A DNA stretch of 64,000 nt from an uncultured Candidatus Saccharibacteria bacterium (GCA_964579635.1 CAZOFV010000001.1:5622-69621), one strand, 5' to 3'; shown: positions 39,968-50,230, counted from the stretch's first letter. Notes: a model not told the origin generated them from the sequence alone. Numbers and translations are program-made.

Positions 39968-40969
39968 TTGTTGGTTTACTCATCTCCTTCTACGGCTTCT
40001 GCTAGTGTTTTTTCTAAAATAGGAGAACTTTTTTCTGGAAATGATGCAGAGCAGGTTGAGGTAACAAACTCTCAAAATATGCCTATTTTACAGGCAGTTT
40101 CCGGGCCTTCATGGCAGAGCCTTCCTCGTGGCGGTGGTGACATAACAATTATTGGTGGTGTTGCTCTTCTGCCGGATGCTGGTCCTTCTGGAACACAGGT
40201 TGAGGTTGATGAAAACCCAACCCCTATTTCTGGTCAGGTTAGTACTTATATAGTTAGAAAAGGAGATACGATCTCAAGTATCGCCAAGATGTTTGACGTC
40301 AGTACGGGGACGATTTTAAGCGCGAATGATTTAAAAAGAGGAGAAACTATTTCTGTTGGTCAAAAACTTATAATTTTACCAATTTCTGGTATTCAATACA
40401 CAGTAAAGAAGGGTGACACAATCACTTCTGTTTCTAAGAAATACAAAGTTGATGTTGGGGAAATTGTTGGATTTAATGGTTTTTCTTCTAGTGAAGATAC
40501 TCTTACTGTTGGTGAAGTGATAATTATACCTTTTGCTGAAATAGAAGAGAAAAGTCCAACAAGCACACAGCCAAGTAAGGTTGTTAATAAGGCTCGTGGG
40601 GTTAGTGGACCAGATTATAGTGGTTATTATATTAGACCCGTTTCATATGATTCTGGAACAAAATCTCAGGGATTGCATGGATATAACGGAGTTGATATCG
40701 CCGGCAAGGTGGGCACTCCAATTATTGCAGCAGCTTCAGGGGAGGTTATTGTTTCAAGACAAGGTGGTTGGAATGGCGGTTATGGCTCGTATGTTGTTAT
40801 CGCCCACGATAATGGGACACAGACTCTTTATGGCCACTTAAGCGGTGTTGTAGCAAAAGAAGGTTGGCATGTAAGCAAGGGTCAATTAATTGGCTATATG
40901 GGTTCAACTGGGCGCTCGACGGGATCACACCTACACTTTGAGATCCGTGGGGCAAAGAATCCATTTTAA
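39968..40969 (+). CDS. LysM x2 plus M23 peptidase
   Basis: YIVRKGDTISSIA and YTVKKGDTI LysM domains; H.YNGVD, YGHL, STGSHLHFEI. Start uncertain. Confidence 0.92.
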   Translation: MLVYSSPSTASASVFSKIGELFSGNDAEQVEVTNSQNMPILQAVSGPSWQSLPRGGGDITIIGGVALLPDAGPSGTQVEVDENPTPISGQVSTYIVRKGDTISSIAKMFDVSTGTILSANDLKRGETISVGQKLIILPISGIQYTVKKGDTITSVSKKYKVDVGEIVGFNGFSSSEDTLTVGEVIIIPFAEIEEKSPTSTQPSKVVNKARGVSGPDYSGYYIRPVSYDSGTKSQGLHGYNGVDIAGKVGTPIIAAASGEVIVSRQGGWNGGYGSYVVIAHDNGTQTLYGHLSGVVAKEGWHVSKGQLIGYMGSTGRSTGSHLHFEIRGAKNPF

Positions 40970-41032
40970 AAACAGAACGTCGGGGTAAGGATGATTGCCC
41001 AAAAATATATTTTGCGATCTAGATAATCGACC

Positions 41033-41069
41033 AAACAAAAATCCACCTAACTTAGGTGGATTTTTGTTT
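41033..41069. terminator. Bidirectional terminator
   Basis: AAACAAAAATCCACCTAA-C-TTAGGTGGATTTTTGTTT between convergent genes. Confidence 0.8.
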
Positions 41070-41073
41070 ATTG

Positions 41074-42633
41074 TTAACTGCGAGATAAAAACGATTCTCT
41101 TGGGCGATAATGTATAGCTTCTAGTATGTGTTTATCTAAAATTTCGTCACTTTCATCTAAGTCGGCAATAGTGCGAGCGAGTTTGATTGTTTTATGATAA
41201 GCGCGGGCAGAGAAATTAAAACGTTCTGCGCTTTGTCGTAATATTTTTTCTGCATTTTCTGTAATGCGAGACATTTCTATAATATCTTTTGCCTTCATGT
41301 CAGTGTTTAATTTACCTGGTTTATTAAAAGACAAAAATCTTTCTTTTTGGCGCGCTCTTGCGCGTGTAACACGATTTCGTATTTCTTCACTTTTTTCTCC
41401 ATCACCTTTTCCAGAAAGTTTTTCGTAGTCAATTGTTCCAACTTCAATCCACATATCTACTCGATCAATAATTGGACCAGATAATTTTCTTTCGTAGCGA
41501 GCAATAGCAGAGGCAGTACAAGTGCACTGTTGTTTTTTGTTTCCGCGGTTACCACAAGGACAAGGATTTAGCGCCGCTACTAAAATAAAAGATGCTGGGA
41601 AAAGAGCAAAACCACGAGACCTTGAAATATTCACTACACGATCTTCAAGTGGTTGTCGCAATGATTCTAATACACGAGTTTCAAATTCTGGGAATTCATC
41701 CAAGAATAAAACTCCTCGATGCGCTAAAGTTGACTCCCCTGGTTTTGGAATTGCGCCACCGCCTATAACGGAAACATAAGAAGCAGTATGGTGAGGAGAG
41801 CGAAACGGAGGCACGGTGATTATTGTTTCTTTCAGTGTCCCTGCGGCAGAATGTATTCCTGTAACCTCAAGCATTTCTTCTTCGTTTAGGTTTGGTAGGA
41901 GTCCACGGAAACCTTTAGCAAGCATTGTTTTACCTGTTCCCGGTGGCCCATAAAGAGCAATGTTGTGCCCACCGGAAGCAGCTATTTCCAACCCCCTTTT
42001 GCCGGTTTCTTGTCCTCGTATTTCAGATAAATCTAAGTCTATCTCAGAAAACGATTGAGAAATTTCTGTTGGTGCAGAAGTTTTTATAAATTCTTCTTGA
42101 GAATTTTCCTCCTTCTTTTTAGAGAGATGGTTTATTAATTGTTTTAAATTTTTTACGGGAAAAATTTTTATTCCTTTTATTAAAGCAGCTTCGCTCGCAT
42201 TATCTTCTGGGACATAAAGCTCTTCAAACCCTTTTCTTTTTGCTTCTTCTGCAATAAGTAGTGTTCCACGAACAGGCATAACTCTACCATCAAGAGCAAG
42301 CTCCCCTACAAATATTTTTTTATCAGTGTTGAATGAAATATCTTGAGATGCGAGAGCATAAGCAAGAGCAATTGGAACATCAAAAACAGGACCCTCTTTT
42401 TTCATGTCAGCAGGGGCAAGTGAAACTACCACTTTTTCATTTTTACTTTTTGGTGGCTTAAGGCCAGAATTTTTAATTGCGGCGCTAACTCGATCGCGAG
42501 ATTCCTCGACGGCTTTGTCGGGAAGTCCGACAATTGAAAACGAAAAGAGGCCACGAGAAATGTCGGCCTCTACGTTAACCACATGTGCTTTTAGGAATTG
42601 TATTTGAGCTCCATAAACACGCGCGAAATTCAT
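41074..42633 (-). CDS. comM: YifB/ComM Mg-chelatase-like AAA+ ATPase
   Basis: IVGLPDKAVEESRDRV, GPPGTGKTM, FRSPHHTAS, LAHRGVLFLDE, NPCPCG, ARTIADL. Confidence 0.93.
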   Translation of the reverse strand: MNFARVYGAQIQFLKAHVVNVEADISRGLFSFSIVGLPDKAVEESRDRVSAAIKNSGLKPPKSKNEKVVVSLAPADMKKEGPVFDVPIALAYALASQDISFNTDKKIFVGELALDGRVMPVRGTLLIAEEAKRKGFEELYVPEDNASEAALIKGIKIFPVKNLKQLINHLSKKKEENSQEEFIKTSAPTEISQSFSEIDLDLSEIRGQETGKRGLEIAASGGHNIALYGPPGTGKTMLAKGFRGLLPNLNEEEMLEVTGIHSAAGTLKETIITVPPFRSPHHTASYVSVIGGGAIPKPGESTLAHRGVLFLDEFPEFETRVLESLRQPLEDRVVNISRSRGFALFPASFILVAALNPCPCGNRGNKKQQCTCTASAIARYERKLSGPIIDRVDMWIEVGTIDYEKLSGKGDGEKSEEIRNRVTRARARQKERFLSFNKPGKLNTDMKAKDIIEMSRITENAEKILRQSAERFNFSARAYHKTIKLARTIADLDESDEILDKHILEAIHYRPRESFLSRS

Positions 42634-42648
42634 GATCTTAGCGATTGA

Positions 42649-43005
42649 CTATAAGTGCTCCATGCAGGTTGTTGCAGCTGCATTTGCATCAAGTCTTTTT
42701 TCTTCTATTTCTTTTCCACAAACTGAACAAATTCCGTACTTACCATTTTTTATTCGAAGCATCGCAGAATCTACCTCATTTAATCTTTTCTCTAATTCTG
42801 ATTGAGTAGCAGATACTTCTTCAAAATCTTCCATTAAATCCGCCATCTCGTTTTTGTCAGAAGAACTTGCGTCCATTACAGAAGGGACTGGTTCCCAGTC
42901 TTTTGGATTGCTTGGGTTTTTTCTTCCAAGGGATTGCATTTCTTCTTCAAGAAGCTTTTTTTCTTCGGTTAATTTTTGTATGTATTTTTCGTAATTTTTT
43001 TCCAT
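42649..43005 (-). CDS. DksA/TraR-family Zn-finger protein
   Basis: Coiled coil with DKNEMAD tip; YGICSVCGKEIEEKRLDANAAATTCMEH. Confidence 0.85.
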   Translation of the reverse strand: MEKNYEKYIQKLTEEKKLLEEEMQSLGRKNPSNPKDWEPVPSVMDASSSDKNEMADLMEDFEEVSATQSELEKRLNEVDSAMLRIKNGKYGICSVCGKEIEEKRLDANAAATTCMEHL

Positions 43006-43066
43006 ATTTTTATTAAGATGTATTTTATCATAACCTTTGTTTTTTATCTCTATATATCAAAGTTGT

Positions 43067-44044
43067 TTATATTTGTGATTTTGAAACGGAAAGTCTGGTA
43101 ATTAGCTCGCTTAGAGTGGCTTCGTTCGTTGTTATTATTATGGTTTTTTTGTCCTTGAAATAATACATAATAATTGGTTGATCCGCGTTATCTTTAAGCA
43201 TTCGAACGTCTTTATTTTTTACAACAGCGTCTACGAAATCTTTTTCATAAATATTAGAATTACCGCTTGGGGCAATCCCAAACAAAGGAAGGATTTCTTC
43301 TGCCATATCTTTTTCCCAAGAATACATTCCGGCAGCCGCATTTTCATAGAAGTTTGTTTTAAGTATTAAGAATGGTTGGTTTCCGTTAAACGAATGAATT
43401 CCAAATAAAAATCCACTATCAAGAGACCGAAGAAGTGGAGAAGGTATTCTGGATTCTAATGCAGAGAAGAATCGCTCGGTGTTTATAATTTCTGGTTGGG
43501 CCGTGTAATCTTTTGTTTCTGTGAAATAAATATTAACCAATGTATCTAACCGAGGAGTTAGGTTTCTTATGGAAGTAATACTTTTTTTCCAAACAGCTTC
43601 ACGATTATTTCCTGTTATGTCTATCCCGAAGTCCTCTTCGGTTAAGATGAAAGTTTTTATGCGTGTAACTTCTGTAGAGGTGTTTCCTCCTATGTTCATG
43701 TTTTTAACAAAAAAGTAAGTTGAAAGAAGAACACCGGCGATTAGAAGAATAACGCTTAAGGAAATAAAGATGATGTTTTTTGAAGAGCGTGGCGAAAGTT
43801 CTCTGAGTTGACTCTCTTTTTTACCTTGTTCAGCAATAACCATTCTTACAAGAGATGTTTTGTTTTCTTTAACAGATCTAGCCGCATCACTTTGATACGT
43901 TCTAATTGGTGATATTTTAGGAGCATTACTTACCTTGGGCTGTTCTGGAACAGGAGAATCGTTTAACGATGTTTGTTGGCTAAGCTGAGCCTCAAAGCCT
44001 AAGTCGTTACTCGGTATTTTATTTTGCTCAGTAGTTTCGTCCAT
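43067..44044 (-). CDS. Hypothetical single-TM membrane protein
   Basis: IRTYQSD motif, one TM, large extracellular domain; TATAAT 6 nt before ATG 44044. Confidence 0.65.
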   Translation of the reverse strand: MDETTEQNKIPSNDLGFEAQLSQQTSLNDSPVPEQPKVSNAPKISPIRTYQSDAARSVKENKTSLVRMVIAEQGKKESQLRELSPRSSKNIIFISLSVILLIAGVLLSTYFFVKNMNIGGNTSTEVTRIKTFILTEEDFGIDITGNNREAVWKKSITSIRNLTPRLDTLVNIYFTETKDYTAQPEIINTERFFSALESRIPSPLLRSLDSGFLFGIHSFNGNQPFLILKTNFYENAAAGMYSWEKDMAEEILPLFGIAPSGNSNIYEKDFVDAVVKNKDVRMLKDNADQPIIMYYFKDKKTIIITTNEATLSELITRLSVSKSQI

Positions 44045-44104
44045 TAATATATTATACACGCGCGCACGGATTGCACTCTTTTCTTTTTGTGGAGAATATT
44101 TTTT

Positions 44105-46255
44105 CTAGGCGATATTTTTAGGAATAGTTGGTTCTTCGGGTTTTACTCCTTTTTTTGAAGCAAACTCTGGGTCAACGTCTTTAATAGAAAGATTAATGCG
44201 GTGTTTCTCGTCAATTTCTTTAATGATGACGTTTACTTTTTCTCCTATAGACAAAACATCTGCTACGCGATTGATGTGAAACGGAGCTATCTGTGAAACA
44301 TGAACAAGTCCATCGGTACGAGGTCCTATTTCAACAAAGGCTCCAAAATCCATAATACGAGCGACTGTGCCAACAAATTTTTCTCCAACTTTATATTCTT
44401 TGGTTAACTCCTTTATTTTCTCTAAAGCTTTTTCGGCACTACCATTTTTACCAACAATTATAATTCCACCCGTTTCATCAATATCAATTTGTTCTGCTCC
44501 GGTCATATCTTTAATTCCGTTTATTGTCTTACCACCGGGGCCTATGACGAGTCCTATCTGGTCTTCTTTAATTTTGTGACGCAAAACTTTTGGCGCTGAT
44601 GCTGAAAGCATTGGTCGTGGTGCTGGGATTGCCTCCTTTATTTTCTCTAGAATTTTTAAACGAGCATTTTTTGCATCAACAAGAGCTTCTTTTAAAACTA
44701 AAAGAGGGATACCACCAACTTTAATATCAAGTTGTACTGCGGTTATTCCGACTTCAGTCCCAGCAACCTTGAAGTCCATGTCGCCATAATGATCTTCTGG
44801 TCCTTGGATGTCCGTTAGAATTTTGTAATTTTTTTCACTCTCCATCATCACTCCCATAGCAATCCCGGCAACCGGTCTTTTGATTGGAACACCACCATCC
44901 ATCAACGCGAGAGTTGATCCACAAACAGAGGCCATTGAGGTTGAGCCGTTGGAAGACATTGATTCAGAAACAATACGAATTGTGTATGGAAACTCTTCTT
45001 GGTTAGGCAAAACGGCAAGTAAGGCTTTTTCCGCAAGTGCTCCATGTCCTATTTCTCTTCTGTTTATTGTTCCAACTTTTTTTATTTCTCCAGAAGAAAA
45101 TGGTGGAAAATTATAATGGTGCATGTAACGTTTTTCCGTTTTTATTTCGATTCCATCTATTGTCTGTGATTCTCCTGGGCCAGCAAGTGTTAACGCGGAA
45201 AGAACATGCGTTCCTCCGCGGTAAAAAATTCCTGTTCCATGTAGTACGGGAGAAATTCCACCGGCTTGGGCAAAGAGTGGTCGCACTTCTTTAAAATCTC
45301 TACCATCTGGACGTCTATTATTTTTTACCGCTTCTTGGTGGATAAAGTCATCCATCGCTTTTTCGAAATACGAAAGAGCAAGAGAGCTTTTTTCTTCAGG
45401 TAGTTCGTCTTTAACAACAACCATCCAATTTTCTAGAATTTCGTTAATAATTTTTCCACCCGCGCCACCACTTAGAATTTCATTGAACCTACTGGAAATT
45501 TTTTCGGCAAAAAGATTTTTCGCAACATCGCTAATTTCTTCTTTCTCAATCGTAATTTTTTTCTTCCCTATTTCCTTAATAATATTTTCTTGGAATTCCT
45601 GGAGTTTTTTAAGTTCCAACAAGGATTGTTCTAAAGCATCCTCGATAATGTCTTCTGGTATTTCTTTTCCAGAAGCTTCAATCATGTTTATTTTTCCGTC
45701 ACGTCCACAAATAACAAGCTCAAGATCAGCATCGTCATGGCGACGAAAATCATAATCAGGATTTATTTCTGGGGCATCGGATTTAGAATGTTTTGTTAGA
45801 CGAATTGCAGACACTGGTCCGTTCCAAGGAATGTCTGAAGTTGCAAGAGCGAGAGAGGCAGCATTGATTGCCAAAATATCAGGATCGTCTTTGTCGATTG
45901 CGAGGACGGTTATAATAACTTGTATTTCATTTCTAATATGGTCGTCAAAAAGAGGACGAATTGTGCGGTCAATAATTCTTCCAGAAAGAATTGCTTCGTC
46001 AGATGGTTTTCCTTCGCGTCTAACAAATCTACTTCCTAAGATTTGTCCGGCAGCATAAAAACGTTCTTCGTAATCAACGGTTAGTGGAAAGAAATCAATG
46101 TTGTCACGTTTTTCTTTTGAGATTACTGCGGTCGCAAGAACAATAGTTTTTCCATATGAGACAATAACTGAACCATTTGCTTGTTCGGTTAGGTCAGAAA
46201 AAGTTGCGGTTAGTGTTTTTCCTCCAATTTCACACGAGAAATTTTTCTTTTGCAT
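44105..46255 (-). CDS. pnp: Polyribonucleotide nucleotidyltransferase
   Basis: DFFPLTVDYEE, HHYNFPPFS, SNGSTSMASVCG, DMDFKVAG, KH and S1 domains. Confidence 0.97.
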   Translation of the reverse strand: MQKKNFSCEIGGKTLTATFSDLTEQANGSVIVSYGKTIVLATAVISKEKRDNIDFFPLTVDYEERFYAAGQILGSRFVRREGKPSDEAILSGRIIDRTIRPLFDDHIRNEIQVIITVLAIDKDDPDILAINAASLALATSDIPWNGPVSAIRLTKHSKSDAPEINPDYDFRRHDDADLELVICGRDGKINMIEASGKEIPEDIIEDALEQSLLELKKLQEFQENIIKEIGKKKITIEKEEISDVAKNLFAEKISSRFNEILSGGAGGKIINEILENWMVVVKDELPEEKSSLALSYFEKAMDDFIHQEAVKNNRRPDGRDFKEVRPLFAQAGGISPVLHGTGIFYRGGTHVLSALTLAGPGESQTIDGIEIKTEKRYMHHYNFPPFSSGEIKKVGTINRREIGHGALAEKALLAVLPNQEEFPYTIRIVSESMSSNGSTSMASVCGSTLALMDGGVPIKRPVAGIAMGVMMESEKNYKILTDIQGPEDHYGDMDFKVAGTEVGITAVQLDIKVGGIPLLVLKEALVDAKNARLKILEKIKEAIPAPRPMLSASAPKVLRHKIKEDQIGLVIGPGGKTINGIKDMTGAEQIDIDETGGIIIVGKNGSAEKALEKIKELTKEYKVGEKFVGTVARIMDFGAFVEIGPRTDGLVHVSQIAPFHINRVADVLSIGEKVNVIIKEIDEKHRINLSIKDVDPEFASKKGVKPEEPTIPKNIA

Positions 46256-46383
46256 TTTGTTTTAAACCCGCCGAATTTCAGGATTGAAAGTTCTACAAAC
46301 TCTTTCAACTCTGCGTATCCGGCGACTTTTGTTAATGATAAGTTTCTTTAAGTTTCGCACGGAAACAACGTCTTTTCAATGCA

Positions 46384-46418
46384 AACAAAAATGAGACCAA
46401 TTTGGTCTCATTTTTGTT
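46384..46418. terminator. Palindromic terminator
   Basis: AACAAAAATGAGACCAA-T-TTGGTCTCATTTTTGTT. Confidence 0.75.
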
Positions 46419-46961
46419 CTAATTTTTTTCTGATTCCCCCTTCTTTCCGCGTCTTGGCATTATGAGGAATTTTTTTGGATCGTTTGAAAGGTCAATAAAA
46501 TCGTCTGCGACAGCACGAAGGCTACTTGAGGCTGATTTACCAAAGGCGATAACTTCAACCTGTACTCCAACGTTTAGTTTTAGATATTCAACTAAAGGAC
46601 AAAAATCGCCATCTCCAGAAACAATAACAACAGCATCAAGCTTTGGCGCTAGCCTCATGGCATCAACCGCAAGGCCGACGTCCCAATCTGCTTTTTTGGC
46701 ACCCCCCCAAAAAATTTGAAGATCTTTAACTTTTGTTTCTATTCCAACTTTCCCTAGTGCTTCAAAAAACCCTTTTTCATCATCACCCTCTGTCTTTATG
46801 ACATATGCAATAGCTCGGACGAGTTGTCGTACTCCGACAGCCTCTTTCATTATTGCTCCAAAATTTACTTTTGCATGATATAGATTACGTGCGCTGTGAT
46901 AAAGGTTTTGCGTATCAATAAAAACACCAACTCTTTGGTCTTTATGTTTTATAACTGACAT
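46419..46961 (-). CDS. NYN-domain (LabA/DUF88) protein
   Basis: VFIDTQNLY, KADWDVGLAVD, VSGDGDFCPL, ADDFIDL. Confidence 0.9.
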   Translation of the reverse strand: MSVIKHKDQRVGVFIDTQNLYHSARNLYHAKVNFGAIMKEAVGVRQLVRAIAYVIKTEGDDEKGFFEALGKVGIETKVKDLQIFWGGAKKADWDVGLAVDAMRLAPKLDAVVIVSGDGDFCPLVEYLKLNVGVQVEVIAFGKSASSSLRAVADDFIDLSNDPKKFLIMPRRGKKGESEKN

Positions 46962-47035
46962 ATATAAAATTTAAATCTTAAAGGAACTTATTTTATTAAA
47001 AATGAAATTACCCATCTGTTAAGACGGGCTATTTC

Positions 47036-47299
47036 CTACTTTAGAGCTAATTTTTTAACGATAGAATCGTATCGTTTTTTGCTTTTTTTCTCCAAATACT
47101 TTAAATGTGTTCGGCGATCAGCAACAATTTGAATAAGCCCACGGCGAGAGTGGTTATCTTTCTGGTTTTTCTTTAAATGGGTAGCCAAATCAGTGATTCT
47201 TTTGGTCAAAATAGCAATTTGGACCTCTGCAGAACCAGTATCCTTGTCGTGAACCTGTGCTTTTGACATGATTTCAGCCTTTTTCTTCTTCGTTATCAT
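47036..47299 (-). CDS. rpsO: 30S ribosomal protein S15
   Basis: DTGSAEVQIAILT, HLKKNQKDNHSRRGL. Confidence 0.97.
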   Translation of the reverse strand: MITKKKKAEIMSKAQVHDKDTGSAEVQIAILTKRITDLATHLKKNQKDNHSRRGLIQIVADRRTHLKYLEKKSKKRYDSIVKKLALK

Positions 47300-47324
47300 G
47301 GCGCAAACTATAACAAAAAACCCC

Positions 47325-47822
47325 TATTTTTGCAAGGCCTGTGCTAGTTCGCACACATTACCCACGGCTCTTGACATATATATTTCCACATGTCAATATT
47401 TAACTAGTTTTAATTCTTTGGAGAACGATATGGGACTGAAGTTCAGCGAATTGCCCGCAGAAGCGTACTTCATCTGCGCCGACGACCTTGGCAATCGAGA
47501 AGGCGTGTATGTTTACCGGAAACGGAATCCGAGAGCAGGGATGTTTACGGAAGAATGCATTGATCATTTCAGTGGAAATACGGTCGCTAGACGCGTATTT
47601 CGTCCGGACACCGCAGTGTTCCGTGTTGCCCGGTAATGCCCGCCCAGAAGTCGTCGCTTCTCGGGCGGTTTCTGTTTTTATACACAGGTGGTTAAAGCGA
47701 AGCAAAAATACTTATAGACGTACGACCTGAATCCGTTAGGGGTGCGTTTTCACCAAAAAACTTATAATAGCAACGGCATAATTTTGAATTAAAAAAGCCT
47801 TATTTTTGCAAGGCCTGTGCTA
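47325..47822. repeat. 22-bp direct repeats (47325-47346, 47801-47822) flanking a small insert
   Basis: TATTTTTGCAAGGCCTGTGCTA occurs twice exactly. Confidence 0.85.
47430..47636 (+). CDS. Small hypothetical protein (MGLKFSELP..., 68 aa)
   Basis: GGAG RBS, upstream TTGACA, downstream hairpin CGCCCAGAAG/CTTCTCGGGCG. Confidence 0.55.
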   Translation: MGLKFSELPAEAYFICADDLGNREGVYVYRKRNPRAGMFTEECIDHFSGNTVARRVFRPDTAVFRVAR

Positions 47823-47844
47823 AAAACCATTTTTCTGGTTTATT

Positions 47845-48039
47845 TTAATGAAGTTCGTTGAAAGAAGTGTCTTTTTTAAGCTTTTTTAGAGCTTCGTTGA
47901 GTTCCTTCTCTTCTTCGGCTGTTAATTGTTGTGTCTCTGGGTATTGTTCTGCTTTTTTTTCAAAAAGATCTTTGCGCCCCAAAAGAGAAGCATCTCCGTG
48001 CGGCTCGTTTTCGTTTATTGGTAGTGATTCTAGTCCCAT
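47845..48039 (-). CDS. Small hypothetical protein
   Basis: 64-aa ORF with ATG start and upstream TGATATAAT. Confidence 0.5.
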   Translation of the reverse strand: MGLESLPINENEPHGDASLLGRKDLFEKKAEQYPETQQLTAEEEKELNEALKKLKKDTSFNELH

Positions 48040-48150
48040 ATTTGTATATTCGTGTAATTATATCATAAAAAAAATAAAGGTATCAGATTTTTCTTTCAAA
48101 AATAGATAACGTGCTTGGGTGACTGTCGTGGTAAAATATTTTACGACATC

Positions 48151-49074
48151 ATGACTCAAGATTTAAAGAGTTTAAAACAGCAATTTCTTGAATATATTGA
48201 AATTGAACGTGGAAGAAGTTTAAAAACTGTTCGTAATTACGATGCTTATCTTGAGCGTTTCCTTACTCAAACAAACGCTAAATATCCAAAAGATATAACC
48301 GATGACTCAATAAGAGAATTTCGTCTTTGGTTGAATAGACAAGAGGGTCGCCGTGAGCGCGGGATGAGTGCAGGAACGTTAAAAAAGAAAACCCAGAACT
48401 ATTATTTAATTGCTTTACGTATTTTTCTTAAATATTTAATGAAAAGAGGGATTGAAGCTCTTTCCCCTGATCGTATTGAGCTTGCAAAGGTAGCAGAGAG
48501 GTCGCTTGATCTTATTTCTTTAGATGAACTAGAGCGCTTACTTAAAGCTCCCGATGGCGGTGATTTAAAAAGCTTGCGAGATAAGGCTATTTTAGAATTA
48601 CTTTTCTCAACAGGGCTTCGTGTTTCGGAGTTATGTTCTCTTCCCCGCGATATCGACCTTCGTAAAGATGAATTTTCGGTACGAGGAAAAGGAGAAAAAG
48701 TACGAGTTGTTTTTCTTTCCGATTCGGCAAAAGAAGCAATTAAAAAATATTTAGCAAAGCGAGGAGATATGGAGGATGTTCTTTTTATTGGAACAGGAAG
48801 CGTTGGAAAAAAGAAAGGAGAAATAACACACCTAACGACCCGTTCGGTTGAAAGAATCGTTGCACAATATGCAATTAAGGCCGGTATCTCAAAAAAAGTA
48901 ACCCCACACGTTATCAGACACTCATTTGCCACAGACCTACTTGGTAATGGGGCAGATATTCGTTCTGTTCAAATGATGCTTGGGCATGCCAGTATTTCAA
49001 CCACACAGATTTACACCCACGTGACAGACAAGGCCCTCAGAGAAATACATAAGAAGTTCCACTCTAAAAAATAG
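48151..49074 (+). CDS. XerC/XerD-like tyrosine recombinase
   Basis: TGLRVSEL, GKGEKVR, HVIRHSFAT, LGHASISTTQIYTHV catalytic residues; ATG start MTQDLK. Confidence 0.92.
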   Translation: MTQDLKSLKQQFLEYIEIERGRSLKTVRNYDAYLERFLTQTNAKYPKDITDDSIREFRLWLNRQEGRRERGMSAGTLKKKTQNYYLIALRIFLKYLMKRGIEALSPDRIELAKVAERSLDLISLDELERLLKAPDGGDLKSLRDKAILELLFSTGLRVSELCSLPRDIDLRKDEFSVRGKGEKVRVVFLSDSAKEAIKKYLAKRGDMEDVLFIGTGSVGKKKGEITHLTTRSVERIVAQYAIKAGISKKVTPHVIRHSFATDLLGNGADIRSVQMMLGHASISTTQIYTHVTDKALREIHKKFHSKK

Positions 49075-49117
49075 GAATATTTATGTAAAAAACAGAAAAG
49101 ACGCCGTTTGGCGTCTT

Positions 49118-49402
49118 TTAGTCTGGAAGTCCAGCGTACCACTCTACAGAACCACCGTCTTTTAGGACGAGAGAGACAAACACCTCCTCCATGCCGTATT
49201 CCGGAAAATTTTTCTCCACATAATCAATTATTTCGATAAGTGGAACACGTAGAGATACTTTCCTGCAAGATCTCCCGAAGTATAACGTCTTACCTTTTTC
49301 GCTTGAACAAATCCCCCAGTTGCCGTAGTCACAATTTTCCCCGTCCTCCTCCATTTGTCTCACTAGATGTTTGACGCTATAGGTGTGATTATTTAAGAAC
49401 AT
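49118..49402 (-). CDS. Hypothetical protein
   Basis: AAGGAGG RBS; terminator AAAAGACGCC/GGCGTCTTTT at its stop. Confidence 0.6.
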   Translation of the reverse strand: MFLNNHTYSVKHLVRQMEEDGENCDYGNWGICSSEKGKTLYFGRSCRKVSLRVPLIEIIDYVEKNFPEYGMEEVFVSLVLKDGGSVEWYAGLPD

Positions 49403-49456
49403 GTCGAACCTCCTTTTTTGTAATTTCTATATCTATCATATGCTAAAATAGAAAAA

Positions 49457-50230
49457 ATGAAAATAATCTCTTGGAATGTAAATGGTTTGCGGGCCGTGCA
49501 CCGTAAGGACTCATTTCTTTCTTTTATAAAGAAAGAAAAGCCAGATATTTTATGTTTACAGGAAACTAAAGCCGAAGAAGTTCAATTACCAGAAGAGATA
49601 AAAAATATTCCTGGATACTTTGGCTATTTTTCTCACTCAAAAGGACGGAAAGGATATAGTGGAGTTGGTATTTATACAAAAATAGCACCAGAAAAAATTG
49701 AAGAAGGAATGGGGATTAAAAAATTTGATGATGAAGGAAGACTTCTAGTTCTACACTTTAAAGATTTTGTACTTTTAAATGTTTATTTTCCAAACGGCGG
49801 AGGTGAACCCCATCGATTGAAATACAAATTAGATTTCTATGAAGAATTTTTAAAACATATCGAAAAATTAAAAAATAAAAATAAAGAAATTATTTTTTGT
49901 GGGGATGTTAATGTCGCACACGAAGCAATAGATATTGCAAGACCAAAGGAAAATGAGAACCAGATCGGGTTTTTACCAGAAGAGCGTGCTTGGATTGATG
50001 AATATATTGCGCATGGATATATAGATATTTTTCGTTATTTTAATCCGGAAAAACAAAATGCTTATACTTGGTGGGATATGAAAACTCGCGCTCGCGATAG
50101 AAACGTTGGGTGGAGGATAGATTATTTTTTTGCGTCACGCGGTTTATTAAAAAAAATTACGGGAACAAAAATACTCTCAGATGTTTTAGGTTCAGACCAT
50201 TGCCCGATTACACTAACGTTGAGTGATTAA
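49457..50230 (+). CDS. xth: Exodeoxyribonuclease III
   Basis: ISWNVNGLRA, LQETK, GYSGV, GDVNVAH, GWRIDYF, SDHCPI. Confidence 0.95.
   Translation: MKIISWNVNGLRAVHRKDSFLSFIKKEKPDILCLQETKAEEVQLPEEIKNIPGYFGYFSHSKGRKGYSGVGIYTKIAPEKIEEGMGIKKFDDEGRLLVLHFKDFVLLNVYFPNGGGEPHRLKYKLDFYEEFLKHIEKLKNKNKEIIFCGDVNVAHEAIDIARPKENENQIGFLPEERAWIDEYIAHGYIDIFRYFNPEKQNAYTWWDMKTRARDRNVGWRIDYFFASRGLLKKITGTKILSDVLGSDHCPITLTLSD

Noticed and set aside
48151-49074. Prophage or island integrase
   Set aside because: Size and motifs fit housekeeping XerC/D; no phage genes nearby; no convincing dif site (47772-47797 matches only the GCATAA half).
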